Of a stretch of 56,015 bases of DNA, positions 19,995 to 31,290 are shown piece by piece. A program made the translations under genes and the position numbers. The stretch lies in NCBI GenBank assembly GCA_031554185.1, contig JAVBKE010000031.1:1-56015 (forward strand), in the 5' to 3' direction. The notes under the pieces are model-generated. The model did not search any database, was not told the DNA's origin, and saw only the letters and a list, made by a program, of their open reading frames with translations. The DNA comes from Bacillales bacterium. Its GTDB lineage: Bacteria; Bacillota; Bacilli; JARBTR01. The stretch's first letter is position 1, and each line of letters opens with the position of its first letter.

Positions 19995-20975
19995 ATGGAA
20001 TATGTGAAGTTTGGGAATACAGGGCTTGATGTTTCTCGGATTTGCTTAGGTTGCATGAGCTTTGGGGATGCATCTCGTTGGAACCAACCATGGGTGCTGA
20101 ATGAAGCAGATAGTCGACCAATTATTAAGCAAGCACTTGGTATGGGGATTAATTTTTTCGATACAGCAAATGTCTATTCAATGGGGGCTAGCGAGGAAGT
20201 ACTGGGTCGTGCGTTAAAGGATTATGCCAATCGTGATGAGGTCGTCATTGCTACAAAGCTTTTTGGGAAAATGCATGAGGGCGCGAACGGTTCTGGACTT
20301 TCGCGGAAAGCCATATTGAGTGAGATTGATAAAAGTTTGCATCGCCTTGGAACGGACTACGTAGATCTGTATATCATCCACCGTTGGGACAACAATACGC
20401 CAATTGAAGAGACAATGGAGGCGCTGCACGACGTAGTAAAGGCTGGTAAGGCTAGATACATTGGTGCATCGTCTATGTTTGCATGGCAATTGCAAAAGGC
20501 ATTGTACACGGCTGAGAAAAATGGTTGGACAAAGTTTGTATCCATGCAAAATCATTTGAATCTGTTATACCGTGAGGAAGAACGAGAAATGTTACCGTTA
20601 TGTAGGGAAGAAAAAATTGCAGTAACACCGTATAGCCCGCTTGCAGCTGGAAGATTGGCGCGTGATTGGTCAGTTGCAACGACTAGAAATGGAACTGATA
20701 AGAATGCCAAATCAAAGTACAATGACAGTGCTGATATCGATTGTTTAGTAGTGGATAGACTAGAAAAACTTGCTAAAAACCGAGGTGTACCTCGCTCGCA
20801 AATTGCGCTTGCTTGGCTTCTACAGAAAGAAACGGTCACGGCTCCCATTGTAGGCACGACAAAAGTTTCAAATCTAGAGGATGCGGTTGCCTCGATATCA
20901 ATTTATTTAACATCTGATGAAGTGGACTATTTGGAAGAGTTATATGTACCGCATAAGATAATTGGGCATAGATAG
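19995..20975 (+). CDS. Aldo/keto reductase
   Basis: GINFFDTANVYS, DYVDLYIIHRWD, PYSPLAAG motifs. Confidence 0.93.
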   Translation: MEYVKFGNTGLDVSRICLGCMSFGDASRWNQPWVLNEADSRPIIKQALGMGINFFDTANVYSMGASEEVLGRALKDYANRDEVVIATKLFGKMHEGANGSGLSRKAILSEIDKSLHRLGTDYVDLYIIHRWDNNTPIEETMEALHDVVKAGKARYIGASSMFAWQLQKALYTAEKNGWTKFVSMQNHLNLLYREEEREMLPLCREEKIAVTPYSPLAAGRLARDWSVATTRNGTDKNAKSKYNDSADIDCLVVDRLEKLAKNRGVPRSQIALAWLLQKETVTAPIVGTTKVSNLEDAVASISIYLTSDEVDYLEELYVPHKIIGHR

Positions 20976-21162
20976 ATATCTGCAATCATTTTGGCGAAGT
21001 CATGTACAGATAACTATATTCAGGCCTCAGGGGCTATCAAGAAGGGAAGAATTTTTGGCAGTCCTTGAGAAGTTATTAGAAATAATATAGATAACAAATA
21101 ACGTAAGATAGTATTGCTATTGGTAGGAAATTATGTTATTTTGATAGAGAGTTAAATATACA

Positions 21163-21193
21163 GGATTGTGACTGTTCATTCAGGCAAGACCTA
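21163..21193 (+). promoter_or_regulatory. RAT (ribonucleic antiterminator) element
   Basis: GGATTGTGACTG-N6-CAGGCAAGACCTA matches the BglG/LicT/SacY RAT consensus and overlaps a terminator. Confidence 0.9.
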
Positions 21194-21250
21194 AGCATGA
21201 ATATGGATGCGTACCCGCGCGTTCGTATATTCACGCTTAGGTCTTTTTTT
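21186..21250 (+). terminator. RAT-overlapping leader terminator
   Basis: AAGACCTAAGC...GCTTAGGTCTT long stem + T-tract. Confidence 0.88.
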
Positions 21251-21408
21251 ATTGCTTATTGCAGAATTTCTGCGGTATACGATGAGCATTTAACGATTTA
21301 TGAAGGAAAGGAGGACACGCACAAAAGCAATGTATACAGGTCTATTTTGATTTCGGGCGTAGCACTATTATTTTACTAATAAACTTTGACAGTCATTGGG
21401 AGGATATC

Positions 21409-22827
21409 ATGGGTAAATTTGAAAATGATGTAATACAACTTTTAACGCATATTGGTGGGAAAAAAAATATTGCGGCGGTTACGCATTGTGTAACACGATT
21501 ACGCTTTGTATTAAATGATCCAAGTAAAGCAAATATTACTAAGATTGAAGAACTGCCTGCTGTAAAAGGAACATTTACAAACGCTGGCCAATTTCAGGTA
21601 GTCATTGGTAATGATGTGCAACGTTTTTATAATGAATTTATTGCTTTTGCATCCATTGATGCAGCTTCTAAGGAGGAAGCAAAATCTGCTGCTAAGCAGA
21701 ATATGAACCTGGTACAAAGAGCAATGACCAATCTATCAGAAATATTTGCGCCTCTAATCCCAGCACTCATTGTTGGTGGTCTTATCCTTGGGTTTAGGAA
21801 TGTGATTGGTGAGATTGAAATGTTTGATAATGGTACAAAAACATTGACGGAAGTTTCCCAGTTTTGGGAAGGCATATATTCATTTTTATGGTTGATCGGA
21901 GAAGCGATATTTCACTTCTTGCCGGTCGGAATTGTTTGGTCCATTACGAAAAAAATGGGGACGACACAAATATTGGGGATTGTACTCGGGATTACACTTG
22001 TGTCACCTCAGCTGTTAAACGCTTACGATGTTTCAAGTGGAGCAGTACCGCCGGTCTGGGATTTTGGCTTTGTTCAAATCGATATGATTGGTTATCAGGC
22101 ACAGGTTATTCCGGCGATGCTTGCAGGATTTTTGTTGGTTTATTTAGAGAGAGGATTCCGGAAAATCATACCAGAAGTTGTTTCAATGATTTTCGTACCG
22201 CTGTTTGCTCTAGTGCCTACGGTCTTAATCGCACATACGATACTAGGACCGATTGGTTGGACAATTGGGACCTGGATTTCTGATATTGTTTACACAGGAC
22301 TGACTTCATCGTTTAATGGCCTTTTTGCAGGAATATTTGGCTTTTTCTACGCACCCATTGTACTAACTGGATTGCATCATATGACAAATGCTATTGACCT
22401 GCAGTTAGCCGCAGATTTTGGTGGGACGCCTCTGTGGCCAATGATTGCTCTTTCAAATATTGCACAGGGTTCTGCTGTTCTCGCTATGGTTTTTATCCAT
22501 AAGAAAGACAAAGTAGAGAAGCAAGTATCGATTCCGGCTACGATTTCTGCTTACTTAGGGGTAACAGAACCGGCAATGTTTGGGATTAACTTAAAGTATA
22601 TGTATCCCTTTTTAGCAGCAATGATAGGGTCATCGGTGGCAGCAATCATCTCGGTTAGCTCAGGTGTAATGGCTCAGTCAATCGGTGTGGGTGGTATTCC
22701 TGGAATCTTATCGATCATACCAGAGGACATGCTCATGTTTGCAGTGGCTATGCTTGTTGCGATAGTGATTCCTTTCGCACTCACATTCTTATTTCACAAA
22801 AAGCAGCTATTTGTTAAGAAAGTATAA
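21409..22827 (+). CDS. treP: PTS trehalose-specific EIIBC
   Basis: THCVTRLRF EIIB motif; GYQAQVIPA, TGLHHMTNAIDLQL; adjacent to a phosphotrehalase. Confidence 0.88.
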   Translation: MGKFENDVIQLLTHIGGKKNIAAVTHCVTRLRFVLNDPSKANITKIEELPAVKGTFTNAGQFQVVIGNDVQRFYNEFIAFASIDAASKEEAKSAAKQNMNLVQRAMTNLSEIFAPLIPALIVGGLILGFRNVIGEIEMFDNGTKTLTEVSQFWEGIYSFLWLIGEAIFHFLPVGIVWSITKKMGTTQILGIVLGITLVSPQLLNAYDVSSGAVPPVWDFGFVQIDMIGYQAQVIPAMLAGFLLVYLERGFRKIIPEVVSMIFVPLFALVPTVLIAHTILGPIGWTIGTWISDIVYTGLTSSFNGLFAGIFGFFYAPIVLTGLHHMTNAIDLQLAADFGGTPLWPMIALSNIAQGSAVLAMVFIHKKDKVEKQVSIPATISAYLGVTEPAMFGINLKYMYPFLAAMIGSSVAAIISVSSGVMAQSIGVGGIPGILSIIPEDMLMFAVAMLVAIVIPFALTFLFHKKQLFVKKV

Positions 22828-22971
22828 AAGCAAGCAATAAATGGCAGAATTTCTTAGCTGCATGACTCTATATCGCTGGATATTCTGGCAAGAGCTACAC
22901 TTCCCGATTCAAGTATTTTCTTGTCATGGACGGGTGAATCTTCTACGTGCAAACAATAGAAAGGATGATGA

Positions 22972-24633
22972 ATGATGAAGGATTTTAAAAAGGCAACCAT
23001 CTATCAAATCTATCCAAAATCATTTTATGATTCAAATGATGACGGTTTTGGTGATTTACAAGGGGTGATTGCAAAGTTAGATTATTTACAACAATTAGGC
23101 ATCGACTACATCTGGTTGACACCATTCTACGTGTCACCTCAAAAAGATAATGGTTACGACGTTGCTGATTATAAAATGATTGATCCCATTTTCGGGACGA
23201 TGGCTGACTTTGAAATACTGTGTAAGGAAGCAGAAAATAGAGAGATTGGCATTATGCTGGACATGGTTTTAAACCACACTTCAACCAAGCATGAATGGTT
23301 TCAAAAGGCGCTAGATGGTGAAAAAAAATACCAGGATTATTATCTCTTTAAACGCGGGAAAAATGATTCAGCGCCGACCAATTGGCTGTCCAAGTTTGGC
23401 GGACCGGCATGGCAAAACGTTGATCATTTAGATATGTATTATTTGCATCTTTTCGATCAAACACAGGCAGATTTAAACTGGCGAAATGAAGAAGTCAGAG
23501 AAAATCTCTATGATATTGTGGATTATTGGATGAAGAAAGGCGTGATGGGTTTTCGATTTGATGTTATCAACTTAATCTCAAAACCACTCATGCTTGAGGA
23601 TGATCAAGAAGGTGATGGAAAGAAGTTTTATACTGATGGTCCTGATGTTCATTCATATATAAAAGAACTGAATGAGAAAACATTTGGTAAAAATAAAGAC
23701 ATCATTACCGTGGGAGAAATGTCATCAACGACAGTAGACAATTGCATTCGCTATTCAAATCCTTCAGAAAATGAACTAACTATGGTCTTTAATTTTCATC
23801 ATTTGAAGGTTGATTATGCAGAGGGGGAGAAGTGGAGTGCCGTTGATTTTGATTTTATCAACCTGAAAAAAATCTTCAATCATTGGCAAACTGAAATGAT
23901 AAAAGGGGGCGGTTGGAACGCGCTGTTTTGGTGTAACCATGACCAGCCTAGGATTGTTTCTCGATTTGGGAATGATACCAAATACCGACTCCAATCTGCC
24001 AAGATGCTGGCGACAACACTTCATATGATGCGCGGGACTCCTTATGTTTATCAGGGTGAAGAAATTGGGATGACGAACCCTTGTTTTCAGTCCATTGATG
24101 ACTACAGAGATGTTGAATCTATTAACTATTATCGTATTTTAGAAAGAGAGGGAATGTCAAAACAAGATATAATCAAAATCCTTAGCAAGAAATCCAGAGA
24201 TAATAGCCGAACGCCGATGCATTGGAATCATAGTAAAAGTGGTGGTTTTACGAAAGCTACACCATGGATTCCGCTAAGTGCTAATTTTGATACGATTAAT
24301 GTGGCACAATCTTTGAATGATGATGATTCTATTTTTCATCATTATCGTCGCTTAATCTTGCTACGTAAGCAGTATGATGTTGTTGCCCTTGGTGATTTCA
24401 CCCTCATTGATGAAGAACATCCACAGGTATTTGCCTATAAAAGATGTTACCAAAATCAACAGTTGGTTGTCGTCAATCATTTTTATGAGGGTATTGTGCA
24501 ATTTGAATTGCCAAAGCTTGATACGATACTGACTTCATCAATTTTAACCAGTAATTATCCTGATTCAGCGGACTATAGTGATTTGATCACGCTCAGGCCA
24601 TATGAATCAATTATCTATTTAATTAGTTCATAA
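22972..24633 (+). CDS. treA: Trehalose-6-phosphate hydrolase (GH13)
   Basis: YQIYPKSF, GFRFDVINLISK, FWCNHDQPRIVSRFG, SRDNSRTPM. Confidence 0.88.
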   Translation: MMKDFKKATIYQIYPKSFYDSNDDGFGDLQGVIAKLDYLQQLGIDYIWLTPFYVSPQKDNGYDVADYKMIDPIFGTMADFEILCKEAENREIGIMLDMVLNHTSTKHEWFQKALDGEKKYQDYYLFKRGKNDSAPTNWLSKFGGPAWQNVDHLDMYYLHLFDQTQADLNWRNEEVRENLYDIVDYWMKKGVMGFRFDVINLISKPLMLEDDQEGDGKKFYTDGPDVHSYIKELNEKTFGKNKDIITVGEMSSTTVDNCIRYSNPSENELTMVFNFHHLKVDYAEGEKWSAVDFDFINLKKIFNHWQTEMIKGGGWNALFWCNHDQPRIVSRFGNDTKYRLQSAKMLATTLHMMRGTPYVYQGEEIGMTNPCFQSIDDYRDVESINYYRILEREGMSKQDIIKILSKKSRDNSRTPMHWNHSKSGGFTKATPWIPLSANFDTINVAQSLNDDDSIFHHYRRLILLRKQYDVVALGDFTLIDEEHPQVFAYKRCYQNQQLVVVNHFYEGIVQFELPKLDTILTSSILTSNYPDSADYSDLITLRPYESIIYLISS

Positions 24634-24766
24634 TTTTCACTCCCAGAGAGAGCAAGTCAGCAAGTATCATGTATGCCTTCGGTAGTAGAAAGTACAGTAT
24701 TAGAATGTGCTGGAAGTGTAATTGAAAAGGACATGGTTAATAAAGTCTGTTTATGATCAACAAAAT

Positions 24767-24811
24767 AATCCCGGAATCACTTATCTATCGATAAGATGAT
24801 TCCGGGATTTT
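24767..24811. terminator. Bidirectional terminator
   Basis: AATCCCGGAATCA/TGATTCCGGGATT between convergent genes. Confidence 0.75.
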
Positions 24812-24824
24812 GTATTAACCACTA

Positions 24825-26027
24825 TTAATCAGCAAATTTCTTTATTCCAATGACCTTATACACTTTGAAATAGGCCCAGATGGCGTTTAGCAATAATAAT
24901 GTGCCAGTGAATAAAAATACTGTTTCAATGCCGAAATGACCAGCAATTTGACCACCGATCACTGACCCGCAGAATACACCAATGTAACCTGCCGACATAT
25001 TAAATCCAAACACCCGTCCAGTCATTGCCTGAGGTGTGACTCTCTTAATCAAAGTGTTAACAGATGGATTTAGACCACCGATTGTTAATCCAAGGATGAA
25101 GCGAAGCAAGACAAGCTGCCAAACTGCAGTCACAAAGCTTTGCGGGATAAATGTTAATGCAGCAGCGATTAGCGCAACGAAAATAACTTTATGTGCACCG
25201 ATTCGATCTGATAACTTTCCTAGCCGAGGAGCAGCAATGATATTGGCTAGTCCTGCGGCAGAGAATGCGAGCCCTGATAATAAGGCTAGATGAGTGGTTA
25301 CTGGCGCCAGTTGATCAATGTAGAGTGTGATAATTGGCTCGATTGAGAATAGTGAAAAGTTGATAATGAAAAAGGTAACAAACAGGGTAATCGTGATACT
25401 TTTTTCAGGAACCATCTGCCAAGCTTCTTTAATATTAGGAACCTTCTCCTCAGAACGAACAAAGTCTTCTTTTACAAACAGCGCAGTAGTGATGAAAGTG
25501 ATCATCATCAGACCGCCGATCACAAAGAAAACATTTCGATAGCCAAGTGTTTCACCAAGATATCCGCCGAGTAATGGTCCAATTAGCGAGCCTGCAATGC
25601 TCGCAGTAGACAGTGTGCCAAGCGCATAACCTGCATGTTCTCTATCTGTTTGCGTGGCAATCAGCGTCGTACATGCAGTGGCATAACCTGCGATGACCCC
25701 TTGCAAAGTTCTCATGATAATTAACACATACACATTGGGTGAAAACCCAGTCAGGAAAATAATAATCGCCATTCCGAGGCTTGCGCGTAGCAACATTGGC
25801 TTTCTTCCATACTTATCAGCCGCTTTCCCCCAGATTGGTGAAAAGATGGCTGCAACGATAAAAGTTACCCCAAAAGCAATTCCTGACACCATTGCAATCC
25901 TCGAGGGATCGTTGACACCTAGTTCCTCTACAAACAAGGGAAGGATCGGTGCGACTTGGCTGATACCAATTCCAGTGATAAACATCCCAATCCAACAAAC
26001 AATTAAATTTCTTTTCCATAACGGCAT
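24825..26027 (-). CDS. MFS multidrug efflux transporter (MdtG-like)
   Basis: WKRNLIVCWIG, WGKAADKYGRKPMLLRASLGM. Confidence 0.9.
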   Translation of the reverse strand: MPLWKRNLIVCWIGMFITGIGISQVAPILPLFVEELGVNDPSRIAMVSGIAFGVTFIVAAIFSPIWGKAADKYGRKPMLLRASLGMAIIIFLTGFSPNVYVLIIMRTLQGVIAGYATACTTLIATQTDREHAGYALGTLSTASIAGSLIGPLLGGYLGETLGYRNVFFVIGGLMMITFITTALFVKEDFVRSEEKVPNIKEAWQMVPEKSITITLFVTFFIINFSLFSIEPIITLYIDQLAPVTTHLALLSGLAFSAAGLANIIAAPRLGKLSDRIGAHKVIFVALIAAALTFIPQSFVTAVWQLVLLRFILGLTIGGLNPSVNTLIKRVTPQAMTGRVFGFNMSAGYIGVFCGSVIGGQIAGHFGIETVFLFTGTLLLLNAIWAYFKVYKVIGIKKFAD

Positions 26028-26468
26028 AACATAGGCCTTCCTTCTAAATTTTTGTGTAGGGTGAAAAGTAGATTTAAATTTCTTTTATTCTACAAGAAAT
26101 CAGAAATCCCAAATTCACAAACTTGAAATGGTTGTGTATTGACAGTATAGTATTCGCTACTGCCTGCAGCCGAGTTCAACAATATGGTATTTATTATACA
26201 TCAATCTGGCTGATAAAAATGAGAAATTTTATCGACCTCTTGGATTGTGATTGTGTAGTTACTAGTACATCTAATTGCTAAATTAGCATTTTAAATAGCA
26301 AATTATTGAAGAAAATTGGCCGAATCATGTGTTTCTTTAAAGAATTCAATGGTGATTTTACATGAATAAAAGAACATATGTAGCAACTGTTTTCCCCTCC
26401 CCGGGACAACGGCCCTGGAAAATCATTTAATACTTTGTAAAGAAGGATGGATAAATACCAATGTTTTC

Positions 26469-26507
26469 TTAACATTCCCTTTACAATTCTACTATACGGT
26501 CTTAATA
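26469..26507 (+). promoter_or_regulatory. Pho boxes upstream of pstS
   Basis: TTAACA (26469), TTTACA (26480) and TTAATA (26502) in 11-bp register, as in B. subtilis PhoP sites. Confidence 0.7.
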
Positions 26508-26646
26508 CTTTTCCTGTATTGTGAAAATAAGCTTTAAAGAAGAGTTGAAAAGAGATTGAATGTTGAGATGTCAGAGCGGAAAATACATTCCAACTCAGTT
26601 CAGCGCCCTTTCGAGCATCATGCATTCATTAGGAGGAAATTAGGAG

Positions 26647-27594
26647 ATGAAGAAATTTTCAAAATTGATTTTAGTAGCTGTTCTAGCGCTTTCAACAATT
26701 ACGTTAGCGGCTTGCGGTAATGATGATTCGAAGTCAGCTTCAGATTCAAATGCTGTCAGTGGGGATATTAACATGGACGGCTCATCAACTGTATTTCCAA
26801 TCATGGAGGCAGTCGCTGAAACTTACATGGGTGAAAATCCTGATGTACGAGTATCTGTAGGTGTTGCTGGAACCGGTGGTGGTTTTGAAAAGTTCACGAA
26901 AGGTGAGACTGACTTTTCAAATGCTTCACGTCCGATCAAGGATGAAGAAATGGCGCTTGCAAAGGAAAATGGAATTGATTACTCAGAATTACAAATTGGA
27001 TATGATGGTTTAACCGTTGTAGTGAATAAAGAAAATGATTTCATTGATTACTTAACAGTTGATGAATTGAAAAAGATTTGGATTGATGATGGAACGACGA
27101 AAACATGGAATGAAATTCGCCCGGAATGGCCTGAGGAAGAAATTAAATTCTACTCTCCAGGACATGACTCAGGCACTTACGATTACTTCGATGAAGTCAT
27201 TCTTGGTGGAGCCGAGATTGAAAAGACTGCTCAACTTTCAGAAGATGATAATGTGCTTGTCAAAGGTGTAGAAGGTGATCCTAATGCAATTGGTTACTTC
27301 GGATATGCTTACTACTTAGAGAATAAGGAAGATCTGAAAGTAGTGCCAATTGATAACGGAAATGGACCGATTAAGCCAAATAGTGAGACGATTGCTGATG
27401 GAACATATGCACCATTATCAAGACCACTTTACACTTATGTGAACAATGAATCATATTTGGAAAAGCCACAAGTAGAGGATTTCACAAAGTATCTACTTGA
27501 AAGTGGTAGTCAGTATGTTGAGGAAGTAGGCTACATTGCCTTACCAGAAGAAGATTATCAAAAGCAACTGGATGATCTAGCCAATATTCAATAA
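26647..27594 (+). CDS. pstS: Phosphate ABC transporter substrate-binding lipoprotein
   Basis: LAAC lipobox; [22 protein letters not shown]. Confidence 0.95.
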   Translation: MKKFSKLILVAVLALSTITLAACGNDDSKSASDSNAVSGDINMDGSSTVFPIMEAVAETYMGENPDVRVSVGVAGTGGGFEKFTKGETDFSNASRPIKDEEMALAKENGIDYSELQIGYDGLTVVVNKENDFIDYLTVDELKKIWIDDGTTKTWNEIRPEWPEEEIKFYSPGHDSGTYDYFDEVILGGAEIEKTAQLSEDDNVLVKGVEGDPNAIGYFGYAYYLENKEDLKVVPIDNGNGPIKPNSETIADGTYAPLSRPLYTYVNNESYLEKPQVEDFTKYLLESGSQYVEEVGYIALPEEDYQKQLDDLANIQ

Positions 27595-27710
27595 ATTGAG
27601 AAGTACAGTCAACCATATATGAGGTGCAAAGGATTCTGTCTAACAGTCTCCTTTGCCTTCATTTCGATTTTTAAGAAATAAAAAGATGTCAGATTTTAGT
27701 GAGGGAATGT

Positions 27711-28670
27711 ATGAGTTCTAAACAAGGAACTGAAAAAAATAGTCTAGACAATCAAGAAGAAAAAAAATATCGTCAGTATTTTAGGCACTCTAATAGTGGT
27801 TTTGTTGAGAAATTAGTACCGAAATTATTGCTAATCACGGCGCTTGTCTCCATTGTAACGACTTTGGGTATTGTCGCAACTTTACTATTTGAAACCGTTC
27901 ACTTTTTTACGCGAGTGCCGATTATGGATTTCTTAACGGATACGTCATGGTTACCATGGAATGAAGAGACTGGCACTTATGGCATTCTCGCACTTATTTC
28001 TGGAACACTTTTAACGACTGCTATTGCGCTTATTGTCGCGATTCCAGTTGGTTTGTCATCAGCATTATACCTAAGTGAATTTGCTAGTGAACGGACGAGA
28101 AAAATATTGAAGCCTGTCCTTGAGGTCTTAGCAGGCATTCCATCGATTGTTTATGGATTTTTTGCGCTCACATTTGTGACACCAATGCTGCAACAAATCA
28201 TTCCAGGATTACAAACATTTAATGCACTTAGCCCAGGGATCGTGATGGGAATTATGATTATTCCGATCGTTGCATCGATGTCAGAGGATGCCATGAGTGC
28301 AGTACCGGTTGCGATACGTGAAGGGGCACTTGCAATGGGTGCAACGAGGCTTGAAGTTGCGCTAAATGTGGTATTACCTGCCGCGATTTCGGGTGTCATT
28401 GCTTCATTCGTTTTAGCCTTCTCACGTGCGATTGGGGAGACGATGATTGTGTCGATCGCTGCTGGTGCATCGCCTTCAATTAGCCTTAATTTCTTAGAGC
28501 CAACACAAACCATGACGGCTTATATTGCCCAAGTAACGACGGGCGATGCCGGATATGGTACAACAATTTATTACAGTATTTATGCAGTAGGGATGACATT
28601 ATTTATCTTTACGTACTTAACAAATATGCTTGCAGGCAAGATTTCACGTCGGTTTAGGGAGGAATACTAG
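27711..28670 (+). CDS. pstC: Phosphate ABC transporter permease
   Basis: LAGIPSIVYG, SRAIGETM; start 27711 or 27699. Confidence 0.93.
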   Translation: MSSKQGTEKNSLDNQEEKKYRQYFRHSNSGFVEKLVPKLLLITALVSIVTTLGIVATLLFETVHFFTRVPIMDFLTDTSWLPWNEETGTYGILALISGTLLTTAIALIVAIPVGLSSALYLSEFASERTRKILKPVLEVLAGIPSIVYGFFALTFVTPMLQQIIPGLQTFNALSPGIVMGIMIIPIVASMSEDAMSAVPVAIREGALAMGATRLEVALNVVLPAAISGVIASFVLAFSRAIGETMIVSIAAGASPSISLNFLEPTQTMTAYIAQVTTGDAGYGTTIYYSIYAVGMTLFIFTYLTNMLAGKISRRFREEY

Positions 28671-29551
28671 TGGGTACCTTTAAAAAAGATGATCATTTTA
28701 ATAAAAGATTGTCCTCAAGGTTGAGACTGAATCGGCGTGTAAAATATCTATTCTTTTTTGCTACAACGATTGGTGTTTTGGTACTAGCCATGCTCTTGAC
28801 TGATATTATTGGTAAATCTATTGGCTGGCTTGATATCGACTTTCTAACGAATTATGCCTCGCGGAACCCTGAGGATGCTGGGGTTTATGCAGCCATTGTT
28901 GGTTCCCTTTATTTACTTGCAGTGACCGTACCTGTTTCATTGACGATTGGTATTGGTACAGCGATTTATCTCGAAGAATATGCACCAAAAAATAGATTTA
29001 CACGCTTTGTGCAAACGAATATTTCTAATCTGGCAAGTGTACCTTCGATCGTGTTTGGTTTAATGGGGTTAACGGTTTTTGTTCGTGCACTTGGACTCGG
29101 GCGAAGTGTACTTGCTGCAGGTCTAACAATGAGTTTATTAGCATTGCCAGTAATTGTTATCACAACACAAGAGGCGATTCGTGCTGTACCTGCTCATTTG
29201 CGTGAGGCATCTTATGGAATGGGCGCAACCAAGTGGCAAACGATTCGGAAAGTGGTTATTCCAGTAGCGACACCAGGAATTTTAACTGGGACTATTTTAG
29301 CGATATCGAGAATTATTGGTGAAACTGCACCGCTAATTGTTTTGGGAATCCCTGTTTTTGTAGCGTTTTTACCAACTAGCGTGATGGATACATTTACCAC
29401 GTTGCCAATGCAAATTTATAACTGGACATCTAGACCGCAAGAAGAGTTTCAACACGTAGCAGCAGCTGGTATTGTCGTATTGCTAGTGATTCTGCTGATG
29501 CTAAATGCAGTAGCAATTCTGGTTAGAAATAAGATGCAGAAAAAATATTAA
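28670..29551 (+). CDS. pstA: Phosphate ABC transporter permease
   Basis: NLASVPSIVFG, SRIIGETAPL. Confidence 0.93.
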   Translation: MGTFKKDDHFNKRLSSRLRLNRRVKYLFFFATTIGVLVLAMLLTDIIGKSIGWLDIDFLTNYASRNPEDAGVYAAIVGSLYLLAVTVPVSLTIGIGTAIYLEEYAPKNRFTRFVQTNISNLASVPSIVFGLMGLTVFVRALGLGRSVLAAGLTMSLLALPVIVITTQEAIRAVPAHLREASYGMGATKWQTIRKVVIPVATPGILTGTILAISRIIGETAPLIVLGIPVFVAFLPTSVMDTFTTLPMQIYNWTSRPQEEFQHVAAAGIVVLLVILLMLNAVAILVRNKMQKKY

Positions 29552-29563
29552 GGAGTTTTCCCT

Positions 29564-30364
29564 ATGAATATTGTTCAAGTAAAAGATAAGCCGATCACAA
29601 CTGGTCAGGGAAATAATCAACCAATTATTTGCACGAAGGATTTGAACTTGTGGTATGGTGAAAATAAGACATTAAAAGATATCAATATGACGGTTTATGA
29701 AAATGAAGTGACTGCGATTATTGGGCCTTCTGGTTGTGGTAAATCAACCTTTATTAAAGTACTGAATCGTATGGTTGAGATTGCACCAAATGTGAAAATA
29801 ACTGGTGAAGTACTGTTTAGAGATCGAAATATTTTTGATCATGGGGTTGAAAAATTGCGCACCTATGTTGGGATGGTTTTTCAGAAGCCAAATCCGTTTC
29901 CTAAGTCTATTTTTGATAATGTGGCCTATGGTCCAAGAATTCATGGTGTAAAAAATAAAAAGATTCTTGCTGAGATTGTTGAAAAAAGTCTTCGTAGTGC
30001 GGCAATTTGGGATGAAGTGAAGGACCGGTTACACACAAATGCTTATGGTTTATCAGGCGGGCAACAACAACGTCTTTGTATCGCACGATGCTTAGCTATT
30101 GAGCCAGAAGTCATTTTGATGGATGAGCCAACATCGGCTTTAGATCCGATTTCAACATTGAAAATTGAAGAGTTAATGAATGACTTGAAGAAGCAATATA
30201 CGATAATTATCGTGACGCACAACATGCAACAAGCAGCAAGAATTTCAGATAAAACCGCTTTTTTCCTCACTGGTGAGGTCGTTGAATATTCAGATACGAA
30301 GTCGTTGTTTGATAATCCTCAAAGTATCAAAACGAAGGAATACGTAACTGGGCAGTTTGGGTGA
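29564..30364 (+). CDS. pstB: Phosphate ABC transporter ATPase
   Basis: [35 protein letters not shown]. Confidence 0.95.
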   Translation: MNIVQVKDKPITTGQGNNQPIICTKDLNLWYGENKTLKDINMTVYENEVTAIIGPSGCGKSTFIKVLNRMVEIAPNVKITGEVLFRDRNIFDHGVEKLRTYVGMVFQKPNPFPKSIFDNVAYGPRIHGVKNKKILAEIVEKSLRSAAIWDEVKDRLHTNAYGLSGGQQQRLCIARCLAIEPEVILMDEPTSALDPISTLKIEELMNDLKKQYTIIIVTHNMQQAARISDKTAFFLTGEVVEYSDTKSLFDNPQSIKTKEYVTGQFG

Positions 30365-30467
30365 GGTCGTTCAATTGCTAAGAAAAAAGGAATGAAACCA
30401 TTTTCGCTGGTTTTAAATAGATGGTTGATGGCGTTTTCAAAATGCTTTTTTATAAAAGGAGAAGAAA

Positions 30468-31172
30468 ATGAGCAGACATGTACTTGTTGTTGAAGATGAG
30501 CTAACCATATGCCAGTTACTGCAATACAATTTAGAAGCTGTGGGCTTTAAGGTGCAATTAGCAAATAGCGGAGATGTTGGTTTTAGCCTTGCTTCAAGCG
30601 GAGAATTTGACTTTATTATTTTGGATGTTATGCTTCCGAAAATGGATGGCTTTGAAATTTGCAGAAAGTTGCGGCAAGATGGCATTTTGACACCGATATT
30701 AATGCTAACTGCCAAGTCTGAGGAGTATGACCGAATCTTAGGTCTTGAGTTCGGAGCAGATGATTATTTGACAAAGCCGTTTAGTCCAAGGGAAGTGATT
30801 GCGCGTATAAAAGCAGTGCTTCGCCGAACGGAAGCGAAACCTGAGGAGATCATCAAAATGAATATCGGAGCGATCACCGTGTTTCCCGACCGCTTCGATG
30901 CTTATCTAAATGACGAAAGGCTTGATTTGACTGTAAAAGAATTTGAATTACTGGCCTTCTTTTGTAAAAATCGAAAACAGGTTTTCAGCCGGCAGATATT
31001 GCTTGATGCTGTATGGGGAATCGATTATGATGGTGATATTCGAGTGATCGATATGCATGTTAGTCGGCTGCGAGATAAGATTGAAAATGATTCGAAAAAA
31101 CCATGCTACCTAAAAACGGTACGGGGCATTGGCTATAAATTTGATGAACCAGAGTCGAACAGGGGGCTTTAG
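30468..31172 (+). CDS. phoP: OmpR/PhoB family response regulator
   Basis: Receiver domain (LDVMLP) + wHTH (IDMHVSRLRDKIE, TVRGIGY); directly follows pst genes. Confidence 0.75.
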   Translation: MSRHVLVVEDELTICQLLQYNLEAVGFKVQLANSGDVGFSLASSGEFDFIILDVMLPKMDGFEICRKLRQDGILTPILMLTAKSEEYDRILGLEFGADDYLTKPFSPREVIARIKAVLRRTEAKPEEIIKMNIGAITVFPDRFDAYLNDERLDLTVKEFELLAFFCKNRKQVFSRQILLDAVWGIDYDGDIRVIDMHVSRLRDKIENDSKKPCYLKTVRGIGYKFDEPESNRGL

Positions 31173-31196
31173 GTTCCGTGGTCAGATTAACTAGAC

Positions 31197-31238
31197 AACT
31201 AGGCTAGTGGGGCGATTTTGTCCGTTAGCCTAGTTTTT
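31197..31238 (+). terminator. Intrinsic terminator
   Basis: AACTAGGCTAGTGG/CCGTTAGCCTAGTT + T-tract. Confidence 0.8.
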
Positions 31239-31290
31239 GTTGTGCGCACGCCGTCTAACATTTTGTAACCATCCTTCATAATAAATAAAA

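Noticed and set aside
21197-21379. 60-aa ORF in the treP leader
   Set aside because: Overlaps the RAT terminator stem and has no RBS.
31242-31256. GTGCG directly after a terminator, resembling the 5' end of a group IIC intron
   Set aside because: Only about 5 nt match; no domain V, reverse transcriptase or further intron structure follows.
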